DNA of 21,341 bases. It comes from Hormoscilla sp. (GTDB lineage Bacteria; Cyanobacteriota; Cyanobacteriia; Cyanobacteriales; Desertifilaceae). Position 1 is the stretch's first letter. The number at the start of each line of letters is the position of its first letter. A model generated the notes under the pieces. The model had not been told where the DNA came from and made no database searches. It saw only the letters and a list, made by a program, of their open reading frames with translations. The translations under genes and the position numbers were made by a program. Below are positions 7,661 through 16,714 of this stretch, one piece after another. The stretch covers positions 1-21,341 of the forward strand of contig JBFRWI010000194.1 in NCBI GenBank assembly GCA_051439505.1. Reading direction: 5' to 3'.

Positions 7661-8362
7661 CTATGGACTCTGCCGATCGCCGGTTGTGGGGGGACGGCCT
7701 ACCGCGCCCCCCTCGGTCTTGCTAGAGGCGATCGCATCGATCGGATCTGCTACTGGGAATTCTTGCCGCAACTGCAGATCGTACTTGTGTAGTCCGTTGA
7801 TGCTGCCACTGAAGCTACCGACGATCGTCTTGAGATCTGCAATCAGTTCCCCTTGGCAACTATGAACCTGCCGGTCGAGAACCAGGATTTGGCAGCCAAA
7901 TTGCCTACATAACCATTCGATCAAGTCAAACCCAAATCTAACTAGCCGGTCTTGGTTGGCAACCACAATACATGCGATCTCGCCTCTGATGACTCGTTCT
8001 AACATGGCCAGAAATCTAGGCCGGCTAAAATTGAGTCCGGAGCCAATTTCACAGATCGCTTCACAGTCTGGATACTCTGCCATGAGATCGGCAGCTTGTC
8101 TCCTCAACTGCTCCTGCTGGCTTTGGAGGGCAACTCTGGCATACAGAATGGTTGTAGAACTGGAATTTTGACACTCAGCTGTCGTTTGGCCAGGCTCGCC
8201 GATACCCGATCGTTGGAGATATTCTTCCAGGTCGTAACGTCTTTGTCCCGCCGCCGTGCGGATCGCCTTGATTTTTCCTTGCGCTTCCCATCTCGTCAGA
8301 GTTCTGGTATGAACTCCCAAAGCCGAGGCTGCAACCCGAGGCGTCACATAATGATTAGACAT
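7661..8362 (-). CDS. IS607 TnpA-like protein (MerR-type wHTH + serine-recombinase domain) with the catalytic Ser replaced by Ala; no tnpB
   Basis: N-terminal AASALGVHTRTLTRWEAQGKIKAIRTAAGQRRY; then YARVA in place of YARVS (GCC codon at 8129-8131), EIGSGLNF and DRLVRFGFD. Confidence 0.85.
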   Translation of the reverse strand: MSNHYVTPRVAASALGVHTRTLTRWEAQGKIKAIRTAAGQRRYDLEEYLQRSGIGEPGQTTAECQNSSSTTILYARVALQSQQEQLRRQAADLMAEYPDCEAICEIGSGLNFSRPRFLAMLERVIRGEIACIVVANQDRLVRFGFDLIEWLCRQFGCQILVLDRQVHSCQGELIADLKTIVGSFSGSINGLHKYDLQLRQEFPVADPIDAIASSKTEGGAVGRPPTTGDRQSP

Positions 8363-8442
8363 CTTTCTTCTTCCTGTTAGTGCCGGTCAGCTACTGAAAA
8401 TTTACAACTGACAACGATCGCTAGCCACCATTCCACCCTGCG

Positions 8443-8471
8443 ATCGTAACTAAATTTGTCCAAAATGTCAA
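8443..8471 (-). promoter_or_regulatory. Putative sigma70 promoter of the TnpA-like gene
   Basis: On the minus strand, TTGACA (8471-8466), 17 nt, TACGAT (8448-8443). The -35 is overlapped by 9-bp-period repeats (TGTC at 8457 and 8466). Confidence 0.6.
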
Positions 8472-8528
8472 AATAATTCCCCAAAAATCAGCTCTGACGG
8501 AGGATTGAGTCAGTTGGGACAACAGAAA

Positions 8529-8548
8529 ATATTACAGATTGTTACTTT
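8529..8548 (+). promoter_or_regulatory. Direct-repeat regulator site upstream of cpeBA (HLR1- or PepB-box-like)
   Basis: ATATTA-CAGA-TTGTTA, also readable as ATTACAGA-TT-GTTACTTT (10-bp period). The same ATATTACA-N3-TGTTA occurs upstream of cpeC. Confidence 0.55.
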
Positions 8549-8655
8549 GTCTTTAATAATTGGGACCGCAAAACCAATTATCGCCTAAAGTAAAGAGTAG
8601 CTGGTCAGATTACTTGACGAGCACCATCTGAGTACCTTAGACTTGGGAGATATAA

Positions 8656-9189
<534 letters not shown>

Positions 9190-9235
9190 CCAAATCCTTT
9201 AACGAGTTAAAGCCGAACTTCTCGGTGCGCTTTGA

Positions 9236-9787
<552 letters not shown>

Positions 9788-9811
9788 TGACATTAAAGTA
9801 AAATTCGCTTG

Positions 9812-9898
9812 CTAATAGGATGTCATCCTATTAGTTCCTAGGGGCTCTTAGTCGTATTGCTTGCCTGTTGAGGGTTGAGTAGCGGCTAAGAGTCCCTA
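9812..9898 (+). terminator. Two tandem stem-loops after cpeA (mRNA 3' end, terminator or stabiliser)
   Basis: CTAATAGGATG-T-CATCCTATTAG (9812-9834), then TAGGGGCTCTTAGTCG (9839-9854) pairing with CGGCTAAGAGTCCCTA (9883-9898) using G-U pairs. Confidence 0.7.
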
Positions 9899-10008
9899 CT
9901 GTTGTGCTATGGTAAACCAAGTAGTTGTGCAAAATTAGTTTGAGATTTGATTGTTTAGTCAATAATGCTATAACCCTTGCTATGTGGTTATTTGAAGCTC
10001 TCTGCGGT

Positions 10009-10044
10009 CGAACTACGAACTACGAACTACGAACTACGAACTAC
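10009..10044. repeat. Heptamer tandem repeat (CGAACTA)x5, STRR-like
   Basis: Five perfect units ending about 11 nt before the cpeY ATG. Confidence 0.95.
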
Positions 10045-10055
10045 TTATTGGCGTT

Positions 10056-11345
10056 ATGGATAAACGGTTTTTCAATATCTTTAATTTGACGGAAGACCAG
10101 GCGATCGCCCTGTTGAAAACTCCGTTAGAGGAACTGGAAGATAAGTCGGACCGCTATGTGGCGGCATCCCATTTGATTAATTTTCCCACAGCGCGATCGA
10201 TCTCTGCTTTGATAGAAACGATACAAGACCCAGACCAGGAAATGTATCATCGCATTGCTAGACGTAAAGCGGTGGAAAGCTTGGGGCGTTTGCAAGCGGC
10301 AGTGGCATTGCCGGTGATTCGCGCTTGCTTGGCAGATGATGATTGCTATACGGTAGAAAATGCTGTCTGGGCAATTGGGGAAATTGGTACTGAAGATGAG
10401 GCTATTTTAGAAGAGATTGCCCAACTGTTAGAAAAACCGGGGCAGACTTACCGGGTGATTATTCAGGTACTGGCGAAATTAGATTATCAACCAGCCCTGG
10501 ATCGGATTAGGAAGTTTGTAGAGGATCCTTCTCAACCGATCGCCAGTGCGGCGATCGCGGCGGTCTGTCGGTTCACGGGGGATTACACTCAGATGTCCTC
10601 GGTGGTGCAGTTACTGCAACATCCTAATGTTAACGCCAGGCGCGGCTGCATTCAAGATTTGATCGATGCTAAATATTATCAGGCAATTCCTAAAATTGCT
10701 AGCTGTCCTGTTTCTCTAGTGTTTCGCCTGCGGGGCATTAGACTCTTGGCAGAAGCAGGGGTGCCAGCAGGTGATATTGCTTTTAAGGATATAGAACCAT
10801 CTCTGGATCGAGTGATTCGCGATCGCCCATCTGACCTAGAATTGGTACATGAATACGACGAAACCCCCACTCTAGAATTTTTAATTTCTGAACTATATCA
10901 CACGGATTTTGGGCGGTGTTATCTGGGTAGCAAAACTCTCCTGGAAGTTTATCCCGAACTTGCTCCTGAAGCGCTGATGGCGACTTTTGCAGAAAAAGCA
11001 CATAATGATTATGGTGCTCACTATCATGTAATGAAACTGTTGGGTTGGCTCAAATATGCCCCTGCTTACGATATGCTGGTGGAAGCTCTACAAAACCGCA
11101 GCCCTCAGTTTCAAAAGTCCCGGGCTGCAGCGGCGATCGCCCTCGGCAACTTGGGGGACGATCGGGCAATTCCACTGCTGTCCGATAGTCTGAAAACAGA
11201 AATTTTTGAGTTTAAATATGCTTGCTTGCTGGCCTTAGAACAGTTGGGAGGCAAGGACAAGATATCAATTGCCGCCGATGATGCAGATTGGTTGGTACGG
11301 GCGAAAGCAATAGTTATAAAGCATAACACCCTACCCAACCATTAA
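10056..11345 (+). CDS. cpeY: HEAT-repeat phycoerythrobilin lyase CpeY
   Basis: MDKRFFNIFNLTEDQAIALL...RYVAASHL...RIARRKAVESLGRL...TDFGRCY...DYGAHYH; 429 aa, downstream of cpeBA. Confidence 0.9.
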   Translation: MDKRFFNIFNLTEDQAIALLKTPLEELEDKSDRYVAASHLINFPTARSISALIETIQDPDQEMYHRIARRKAVESLGRLQAAVALPVIRACLADDDCYTVENAVWAIGEIGTEDEAILEEIAQLLEKPGQTYRVIIQVLAKLDYQPALDRIRKFVEDPSQPIASAAIAAVCRFTGDYTQMSSVVQLLQHPNVNARRGCIQDLIDAKYYQAIPKIASCPVSLVFRLRGIRLLAEAGVPAGDIAFKDIEPSLDRVIRDRPSDLELVHEYDETPTLEFLISELYHTDFGRCYLGSKTLLEVYPELAPEALMATFAEKAHNDYGAHYHVMKLLGWLKYAPAYDMLVEALQNRSPQFQKSRAAAAIALGNLGDDRAIPLLSDSLKTEIFEFKYACLLALEQLGGKDKISIAADDADWLVRAKAIVIKHNTLPNH

Positions 11346-12214
11346 GCATTATGATTCATTTGAGGGCAACCGAGGCTCTCGGCTGTATTATTGCGGGTAA
11401 AAGGATTCCAAGTGCCTAACTCTTGTCCTGCATGCCCGCAAAGCATAGCCCGATCGGACTCACTCAGTCCTTGAGCCAGGGTAAAATCAGCTCCAGCAAT
11501 ACTCTGTATATGTTCCAAACTAGCTCCGGTCAAGTCAGCAGCCCGCAGATCGGCAAACTGCAACTCGACACCATTTAATCGAGCAGAACGCAAGCAAGCC
11601 CCCGTCAAAAAAGCTTTCTGGAGGTTGGCCCCACTCAATGCCGCGCCCTCTAAATTAGCTCCGGTCAAATCAGCTCCGCTCAGGTAAGCTCCCCGCAGGT
11701 TAGCTCCCCGCAGATCTACTCCCCTCAGAAGCGCCGTGTTCAGAAAAGCCCCAGCTAGATTGGCTTTTGGCCCCACGGCTCCAGAACTTTTATAAACAAA
11801 TCCTTCTGGCCAAATTGTCTCGCGATCGTAGTAAGCTAGTTGTAGCTTGGCGAGTTCCAGATTAGCACCAGTCAGATCTGCCTGCTGCAATTGGGCCCGG
11901 TTCAAATAACTCTCTTGCAAGTTGGCCCCACTCAGGTTAGCTCCCCGCAGGTTGGCCCCTCTGAGATCGGCACCCTTGAGGTTCGCCTCAGATAGGTTGG
12001 CCCCACTCAGGTTAGCTCCAATTAGGTTAGCTTTGTGTAGATTCGCTTTGCTAAAATCTACACTGGATAAATCGATCCTCATCAGTTCCATCCCCTGGAA
12101 GTCAGCACCAGCAAGATTGGCTCCTGGTTTCAGGGCTGATATGATCTCGGTAGGATTTCCATTCGACCCGGTGCTATTTTTCGCGTAGCGATCGCTCTTT
12201 CCCATTGACTGCAT
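11342..12214 (-). CDS. Pentapeptide-repeat protein (start uncertain: ATG 12253, 12214 or 12205)
   Basis: Two long A(N/D)Lxx repeat blocks separated by TIWPEGF...GAVGP. Convergent 4-bp overlap with cpeY. Confidence 0.88.
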   Translation of the reverse strand: MQSMGKSDRYAKNSTGSNGNPTEIISALKPGANLAGADFQGMELMRIDLSSVDFSKANLHKANLIGANLSGANLSEANLKGADLRGANLRGANLSGANLQESYLNRAQLQQADLTGANLELAKLQLAYYDRETIWPEGFVYKSSGAVGPKANLAGAFLNTALLRGVDLRGANLRGAYLSGADLTGANLEGAALSGANLQKAFLTGACLRSARLNGVELQFADLRAADLTGASLEHIQSIAGADFTLAQGLSESDRAMLCGHAGQELGTWNPFTRNNTAESLGCPQMNHNA

Positions 12215-12321
12215 GCTATGAATTGCTATATTGATTAAATTATAGGTTAACATGCCTTCGCCTTCTGACGGACAGGCCGGACTTGTCCTACGAATTGCCC
12301 ACTGACAACTAACAACCAACT

Positions 12322-12900
12322 ATGCTGCTAACACCGCCAATGACCATGATGGATTTCTTTAAAAAAAGTGAAGGAATCTGGTTTTCCGATCGCACAGTCC
12401 ATCACTTTGACTCTCAGGCGGATGAGTCAGGGAAATCTAATCTGATTATTCAAGTGTTCGATCGGGATGACCCCAGAGTCAAGCAAATTTGCGCAGAGCA
12501 AAAGGTCGATCTAGCCAGAGCTGCTGGTGGTGCGAGTTTTGGCTGGCAGGACAACCTCGACTTATCCGAACCTAACCCCAATTATGCCGCAATTCTGGTT
12601 GACATTCCCGATCCTGACAATAGTCGAACTGGGTTTTTTCTGCGTAACCGTGGCTATGTAGAAGGAATTCCGGTTGTGGGTCGATACCATTTTGCCCCGG
12701 ATGGGATATTGACGATCGATACTGAATATGAAAGAAACCAAGGTCAGGAACGCTGCTGGTTTCTCTCCGATGACTTTCGGGTGCGCGTTAGTAGCGTCAG
12801 GATGATGAATGGAGTTAATCTGATAGCCTATTGCTCGGAACGCCGCTGCGTGGGGCGATCGGACTTAGAAGAGATGATTGCCTTCAATCGTACTAGATGA
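12322..12900 (+). CDS. cpeU: S/U-family lyase CpeU
   Basis: PPMTMMDFFKKSEGIWF..RTVHHFD...DESG.SNL, RNRGYVEGIPV, GQERCWF. Confidence 0.8.
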   Translation: MLLTPPMTMMDFFKKSEGIWFSDRTVHHFDSQADESGKSNLIIQVFDRDDPRVKQICAEQKVDLARAAGGASFGWQDNLDLSEPNPNYAAILVDIPDPDNSRTGFFLRNRGYVEGIPVVGRYHFAPDGILTIDTEYERNQGQERCWFLSDDFRVRVSSVRMMNGVNLIAYCSERRCVGRSDLEEMIAFNRTR

Positions 12901-12909
12901 CCACCGATC

Positions 12910-12957
12910 ACTGACAACTGACAACTGACAACTGACAACTGACAACTGACAACTGAC
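12910..12957. repeat. Heptamer tandem repeat (ACTGACA)x6 plus ACTGAC, STRR-like
   Basis: Perfect units ending 2 nt before the cpeZ ATG. A degenerate copy at 12301-12321 precedes cpeU. Confidence 0.95.
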
Positions 12958-12959
12958 CT

Positions 12960-13583
12960 ATGACCACAGAAGATTTGTATCAACAACTGAAACATAAGAA
13001 TCCGAGACTGCGCGAAAGAGCAATGCGCCAAATTGCAGACGAAAAAACTGCCAATACTATTGGGAAAATGATGGCAATTTTGTCTGATGAAGATGTGGTC
13101 TACCGGCGGGCCGCCGTGCAAGCTTTGGGTCTGATTGGTTTGGATGCTGTCCCTGCATTGTTAGAACAACTGACAGGCAGTGATAATGAAACAGTCAGGG
13201 CTAGCTGCGCTAAAGCACTGGCCGCGATCGCCCTGAATTTCCCCGAAGAGAACTTCCCCAAAGAAGCGCTTGCGGGTTTGCAAACAGCTCTCAAAGATCC
13301 CAACCCAGTAGTAAAAATCTCCGCAGTGGGCGCACTCGGCACAGTGGGACCACCCGCCTTGGATATTCTCGTCGATGCCATGACTATCGATGATATTGCT
13401 CTCCAAGTCGCGGTGATTAATGCCCTCGGATCCCTGGGAGACTCTAAAGCTGCTGACGTGCTATCCCCCCTTACCCAGGATGAAGCAGCTGACCCCTACA
13501 TTCGGGAGTCAGCTATCAGTGCTTTATCTCGCCTAGAGCAAGTTACCAACTTTAAATCCAAAACATCCGCTGCGACAGACTAA
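12960..13583 (+). CDS. cpeZ: HEAT-repeat bilin attachment chaperone CpeZ
   Basis: LYQQLKHKNPRLRERAM...EDVVYRRAAVQALG...VRASCAKALA...YIRESAISALSRL; 207 aa in a PE cluster. Confidence 0.85.
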   Translation: MTTEDLYQQLKHKNPRLRERAMRQIADEKTANTIGKMMAILSDEDVVYRRAAVQALGLIGLDAVPALLEQLTGSDNETVRASCAKALAAIALNFPEENFPKEALAGLQTALKDPNPVVKISAVGALGTVGPPALDILVDAMTIDDIALQVAVINALGSLGDSKAADVLSPLTQDEAADPYIRESAISALSRLEQVTNFKSKTSAATD

Positions 13584-15298
13584 AAATTGCGCTGACGCCA
13601 CTTATTTAAATAAGTTTCTCCTATTGCAGCAGTTGGCTGCAACTCGGCGACTTGTTGTTGTAAAGTGGCAATCAGCTTTGCCTGTTCTTCAGACTGCTGT
13701 TGCAAAGATGCGTAACTCATTAATGGTCCATTTCCTAGGGTCTGAGTTGGCCGCTCTTGCCAACCGTTAAGCTGTTGTTGCAGTTGCGCCACCACCTTTG
13801 CTTGCTTTTCCGACTCCTGCCGCAAAGATTCATATTCTGATAGTGGCACCCGATCGGAATATAGCCGCATCTGTTGTTGCAATGCGGCGATCGCCCGTTC
13901 TTTTTGTTCCGACTGTTGCCGCAAAGATTCATATTTTTCCAAGGGCACCCGTTCTTGCAGTTCCCGGATCTGTTCTTGTAACTGGGCCATCTGATTTGCT
14001 TGCGATCGGGACTCATTCTGTAACAGTTCGTACTTTTCTAAGGGCTCCCGAGTTTGACCAATTTTTTCTTCTAGTCGAGCGATCTGACTTGCCTGTTCTG
14101 CAACTTTTTGTCGTACCTGTTCATAGGTGTATAGCGGCACACGCTGTAGCAACTCAGAGACCTGTTTTTGCAACTCCGCTACTACCTTTGCTTGTGTTTC
14201 CGACTCTTGCTGGACTGATTCCAATTCTAACTGCACGGCCTTCCTATTCTCGGCGTCCATACTATGTTGCAACTCATGCAACTGTTGTTGTAAGGACGCT
14301 ACCACCTGCGCTTGTGCTTGGGCGTCCTGCTGCAATGACTCATATTCTGAACGCGGCACCCGAGATGACAACTCAGAGATCCGAGAATGCAACTCTTCTA
14401 TCTGACTTGCTTGCCCTTGGGCCTCCTGCTGCAATGTTTCGTATTCATTGCGCGGCACCCGAGATGACAACTCAGAGATCTCGGAGTGCAACTGTTCTAC
14501 CTGACTTGCTTGCGCTGCCAAGTCCTGCTGCAATGACTCATATTCATTGCGCGGCACCCGAGATGACAATTCCTCTATCTGAGAGTGCAACTGTTCTACC
14601 TGACTTGCTTGTGCTGCCGCATCCTGCTGCAATGTTTCATATTCCGATCGCGGCACCCGGGATGACCATTCGCCCAGCTTTGTTTCTAACTCCTCTATCT
14701 GTGTTGCTTGTGCTGCCGCATTCTGCTGCAATGTTTCATAACTTTCCAGCGGCACCGTCCCATCTTTTAGACTTGCGATCGCCTTTTCCCACTCCCCCTG
14801 CTGTCCTTGTAACTCCTCTATCTGAGTTGCTCGTGCTTCCGACTCTTGCCGCAATGATTCATATTTTTCTAATGGTACCGTCCCCTCGTCCTTCGTTGCT
14901 AGAGCTGCTTCCAACTCCTTTATCTGTTCTTGTAAATCTACAATCAACTGTGCTTGTGCTTGATTACTTTCTGACTGCACCTCTGATTCTGTCACATCGG
15001 CAACTGGACTGGACAATTGACTATCCACCACCTGAAACTCTATGCCCAGCTTTGCTATTTCTGCATCTGTTAGAGTTTTATTGTCAACCGACTCACTTAG
15101 CGCGATCGCCATTTTTGCTGAGTCACTTTCGATCGAGATACACCCTCTTGCGATCTGCTCTACCATTTCCGAGCGGGACAAATTTGCCTTTACGGCCATC
15201 TTATCCAGCAACTTTCTTCCTGTGGGCGTCATTGAAATCCCCAGCTTGACCTTTATCTCTGAATATAACGCCGGAACTCCACGACTTTTCTTTGCCAT
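13580..15298 (-). CDS. Hypothetical protein: N-terminal RHH/CopG-like DNA-binding domain, about 12 x 33-aa helical repeats, and a PE-linker-like C-terminal tail
   Basis: ATG 15298 with GAGGTGG RBS. KVKLGISMTPTGRKLLDKMAVKANLSRSEMVEQIAR reads as strand-helix-helix with an SRSE motif. Repeats have the pattern VP..EYE.LQQ....QA.QI..L; the protein ends LQPTAAIGETYLNKWRQRNF. Confidence 0.85.
   Translation of the reverse strand: MAKKSRGVPALYSEIKVKLGISMTPTGRKLLDKMAVKANLSRSEMVEQIARGCISIESDSAKMAIALSESVDNKTLTDAEIAKLGIEFQVVDSQLSSPVADVTESEVQSESNQAQAQLIVDLQEQIKELEAALATKDEGTVPLEKYESLRQESEARATQIEELQGQQGEWEKAIASLKDGTVPLESYETLQQNAAAQATQIEELETKLGEWSSRVPRSEYETLQQDAAAQASQVEQLHSQIEELSSRVPRNEYESLQQDLAAQASQVEQLHSEISELSSRVPRNEYETLQQEAQGQASQIEELHSRISELSSRVPRSEYESLQQDAQAQAQVVASLQQQLHELQHSMDAENRKAVQLELESVQQESETQAKVVAELQKQVSELLQRVPLYTYEQVRQKVAEQASQIARLEEKIGQTREPLEKYELLQNESRSQANQMAQLQEQIRELQERVPLEKYESLRQQSEQKERAIAALQQQMRLYSDRVPLSEYESLRQESEKQAKVVAQLQQQLNGWQERPTQTLGNGPLMSYASLQQQSEEQAKLIATLQQQVAELQPTAAIGETYLNKWRQRNF
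14325..14760. repeat. Intragenic 99-bp tandem repeat (most similar copies)
   Basis: GGCACC recurs at 14355, 14454, 14553, 14652 and 14751 (exact 99-bp period) with highly similar flanks. Confidence 0.9.
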
Positions 15299-15583
15299 TA
15301 ACACCACCTCTAATTCTGTTATTTTTTCAGTATACCCTATCTAAGTCCTTGCTACAAGTCCCTTTCGGCTTTTCCCCTAGAGGCTGTCTTCTACTCCCTA
15401 TACTTACCTTAATTATGACTACAGATACCTCGATCTTCCAAGCTACTCTTCTTGCGGGGATCTTTGAGGACTTGAGGTGCTGAATACAAGTTTATTTTTG
15501 CTCCAAGGGCGATCGCACTGCCTAGCATCTTCTGGGCTACTCCCCACTACCTATTAGTATCATTCCAAAATATATTTTTCCTA

Positions 15584-15610
15584 GCGGTCAGCGGAAAAAC
15601 TGCTGACCGC
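15584..15610 (-). terminator. Stem-loop downstream of the atypical linker gene
   Basis: GCGGTCAGC / GCTGACCGC 9-bp perfect stem. No U-tract on the minus strand, so it may be a stabiliser rather than an intrinsic terminator. Confidence 0.55.
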
Positions 15611-15627
15611 GCTCATAAAAGACCGAT

Positions 15628-16653
15628 CTAGGAAAAAGTACGGGTGCGCCATTTATTCAATCGCGCCGATCCGATCGCGGCCAAGCGTTGCTGGTCTGCG
15701 AGTTTCAGGCGTAAAGAGGCGATCGCCTCTCGATCTGCTGCATACCGCTGTTGCAAAGCCTCATAACTTTCTGGCGCCGTTGGTTGTTGGCCATAGGTTA
15801 CACCCATCCCGCCATAGGAGTAAGGGCCTCCAGAACTCCATTTATTTAATTGGGCTGCTCCGATGGTAGCAGTCGGCTGTAATGCTGCCAACTGTGCTTG
15901 TAAAGTCCCAATCTCCGTTTCCAGTTCTTCACACTGACAACGCAAAGCATTCTCGGCTTGCTTGCGAGCCAGTTCTGCTTTGGAGATAATTTCTTCTGGC
16001 TGGATCTTCGGCTTGAGCACCTCAGCTAGCAAGGCATTGATATCCGTGACTGGGGCTTTGCCTGTAGGATTGTTGTAAATCAGGGCCCGATTCAGCCGAG
16101 GGAGATTTCCTGATAAACCCGCTTTATCGCTAGTCGAAATGCTGGGCAATAGTTGGAACATGTTGGTAAACCCAAGCAGTTTTTTGCCTGTCTGGGTTTT
16201 GTAGCCTCGGTAATAAGGCACGACGTTCTCCCCAAAGGCTTGCAGATACTCGTCGCTATCAATATAGGAGTCTATCTCCGCCTCAAAACCCCCTGCATCC
16301 AGCAGGCTACTGTGATAGAAAGTCTCCGAGTAGTCATCAGGTGTACGACCCAGCAGATGCTTGAAATTTAACTCGATCGCCCGGTAACGGGGGCAGCAGT
16401 CGAAGAACCGCGACCTGTACAAATCTGATTGTGCCACTTGACGGACAAATTCACGGACGCTGATTTCCCCAAGTTTTATCTGTGATTCCGGGACTGTGAG
16501 TCGTTCACTCTCCATCACGTGGGCATTCCCCAACACTTGCCGGTATACCGCCCGAATCACAATTTCCACTTCCGCTTCCGTTCGGCCTGGCCATAGCTCA
16601 ATTGGATCGGTTGCTTCAAATGATTTATACTGACTTTGCCAGGATTGAGCCAT
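15628..16653 (-). CDS. Phycoerythrin-associated rod linker with an atypical duplicated coiled-coil C-terminus (no CpcD domain)
   Basis: PBS linker domain IRAVYRQVLGN...ESERL...VREFVR...ELNFKHLLGR...FGENVVPYYRG, CpeC-like. The C-terminus has two L...AIG...LNKW modules. Confidence 0.85.
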   Translation of the reverse strand: MAQSWQSQYKSFEATDPIELWPGRTEAEVEIVIRAVYRQVLGNAHVMESERLTVPESQIKLGEISVREFVRQVAQSDLYRSRFFDCCPRYRAIELNFKHLLGRTPDDYSETFYHSSLLDAGGFEAEIDSYIDSDEYLQAFGENVVPYYRGYKTQTGKKLLGFTNMFQLLPSISTSDKAGLSGNLPRLNRALIYNNPTGKAPVTDINALLAEVLKPKIQPEEIISKAELARKQAENALRCQCEELETEIGTLQAQLAALQPTATIGAAQLNKWSSGGPYSYGGMGVTYGQQPTAPESYEALQQRYAADREAIASLRLKLADQQRLAAIGSARLNKWRTRTFS

Positions 16654-16714
16654 TCCTACCTCCCTTGAGTAGATTTGCTTATGTCTTTTGGCTAGCTATT
16701 TCCTTACCTTTCTG

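Noticed and set aside
7661..8480. Active IS607 insertion sequence
   Set aside because: The catalytic Ser is absent, there is no tnpB and no room for a right end; reported instead as a possibly domesticated gene.
13798..15249. 483-aa plus-strand ORF
   Set aside because: Antisense shadow of the repeat-rich coiled-coil gene, with no recognisable domain.
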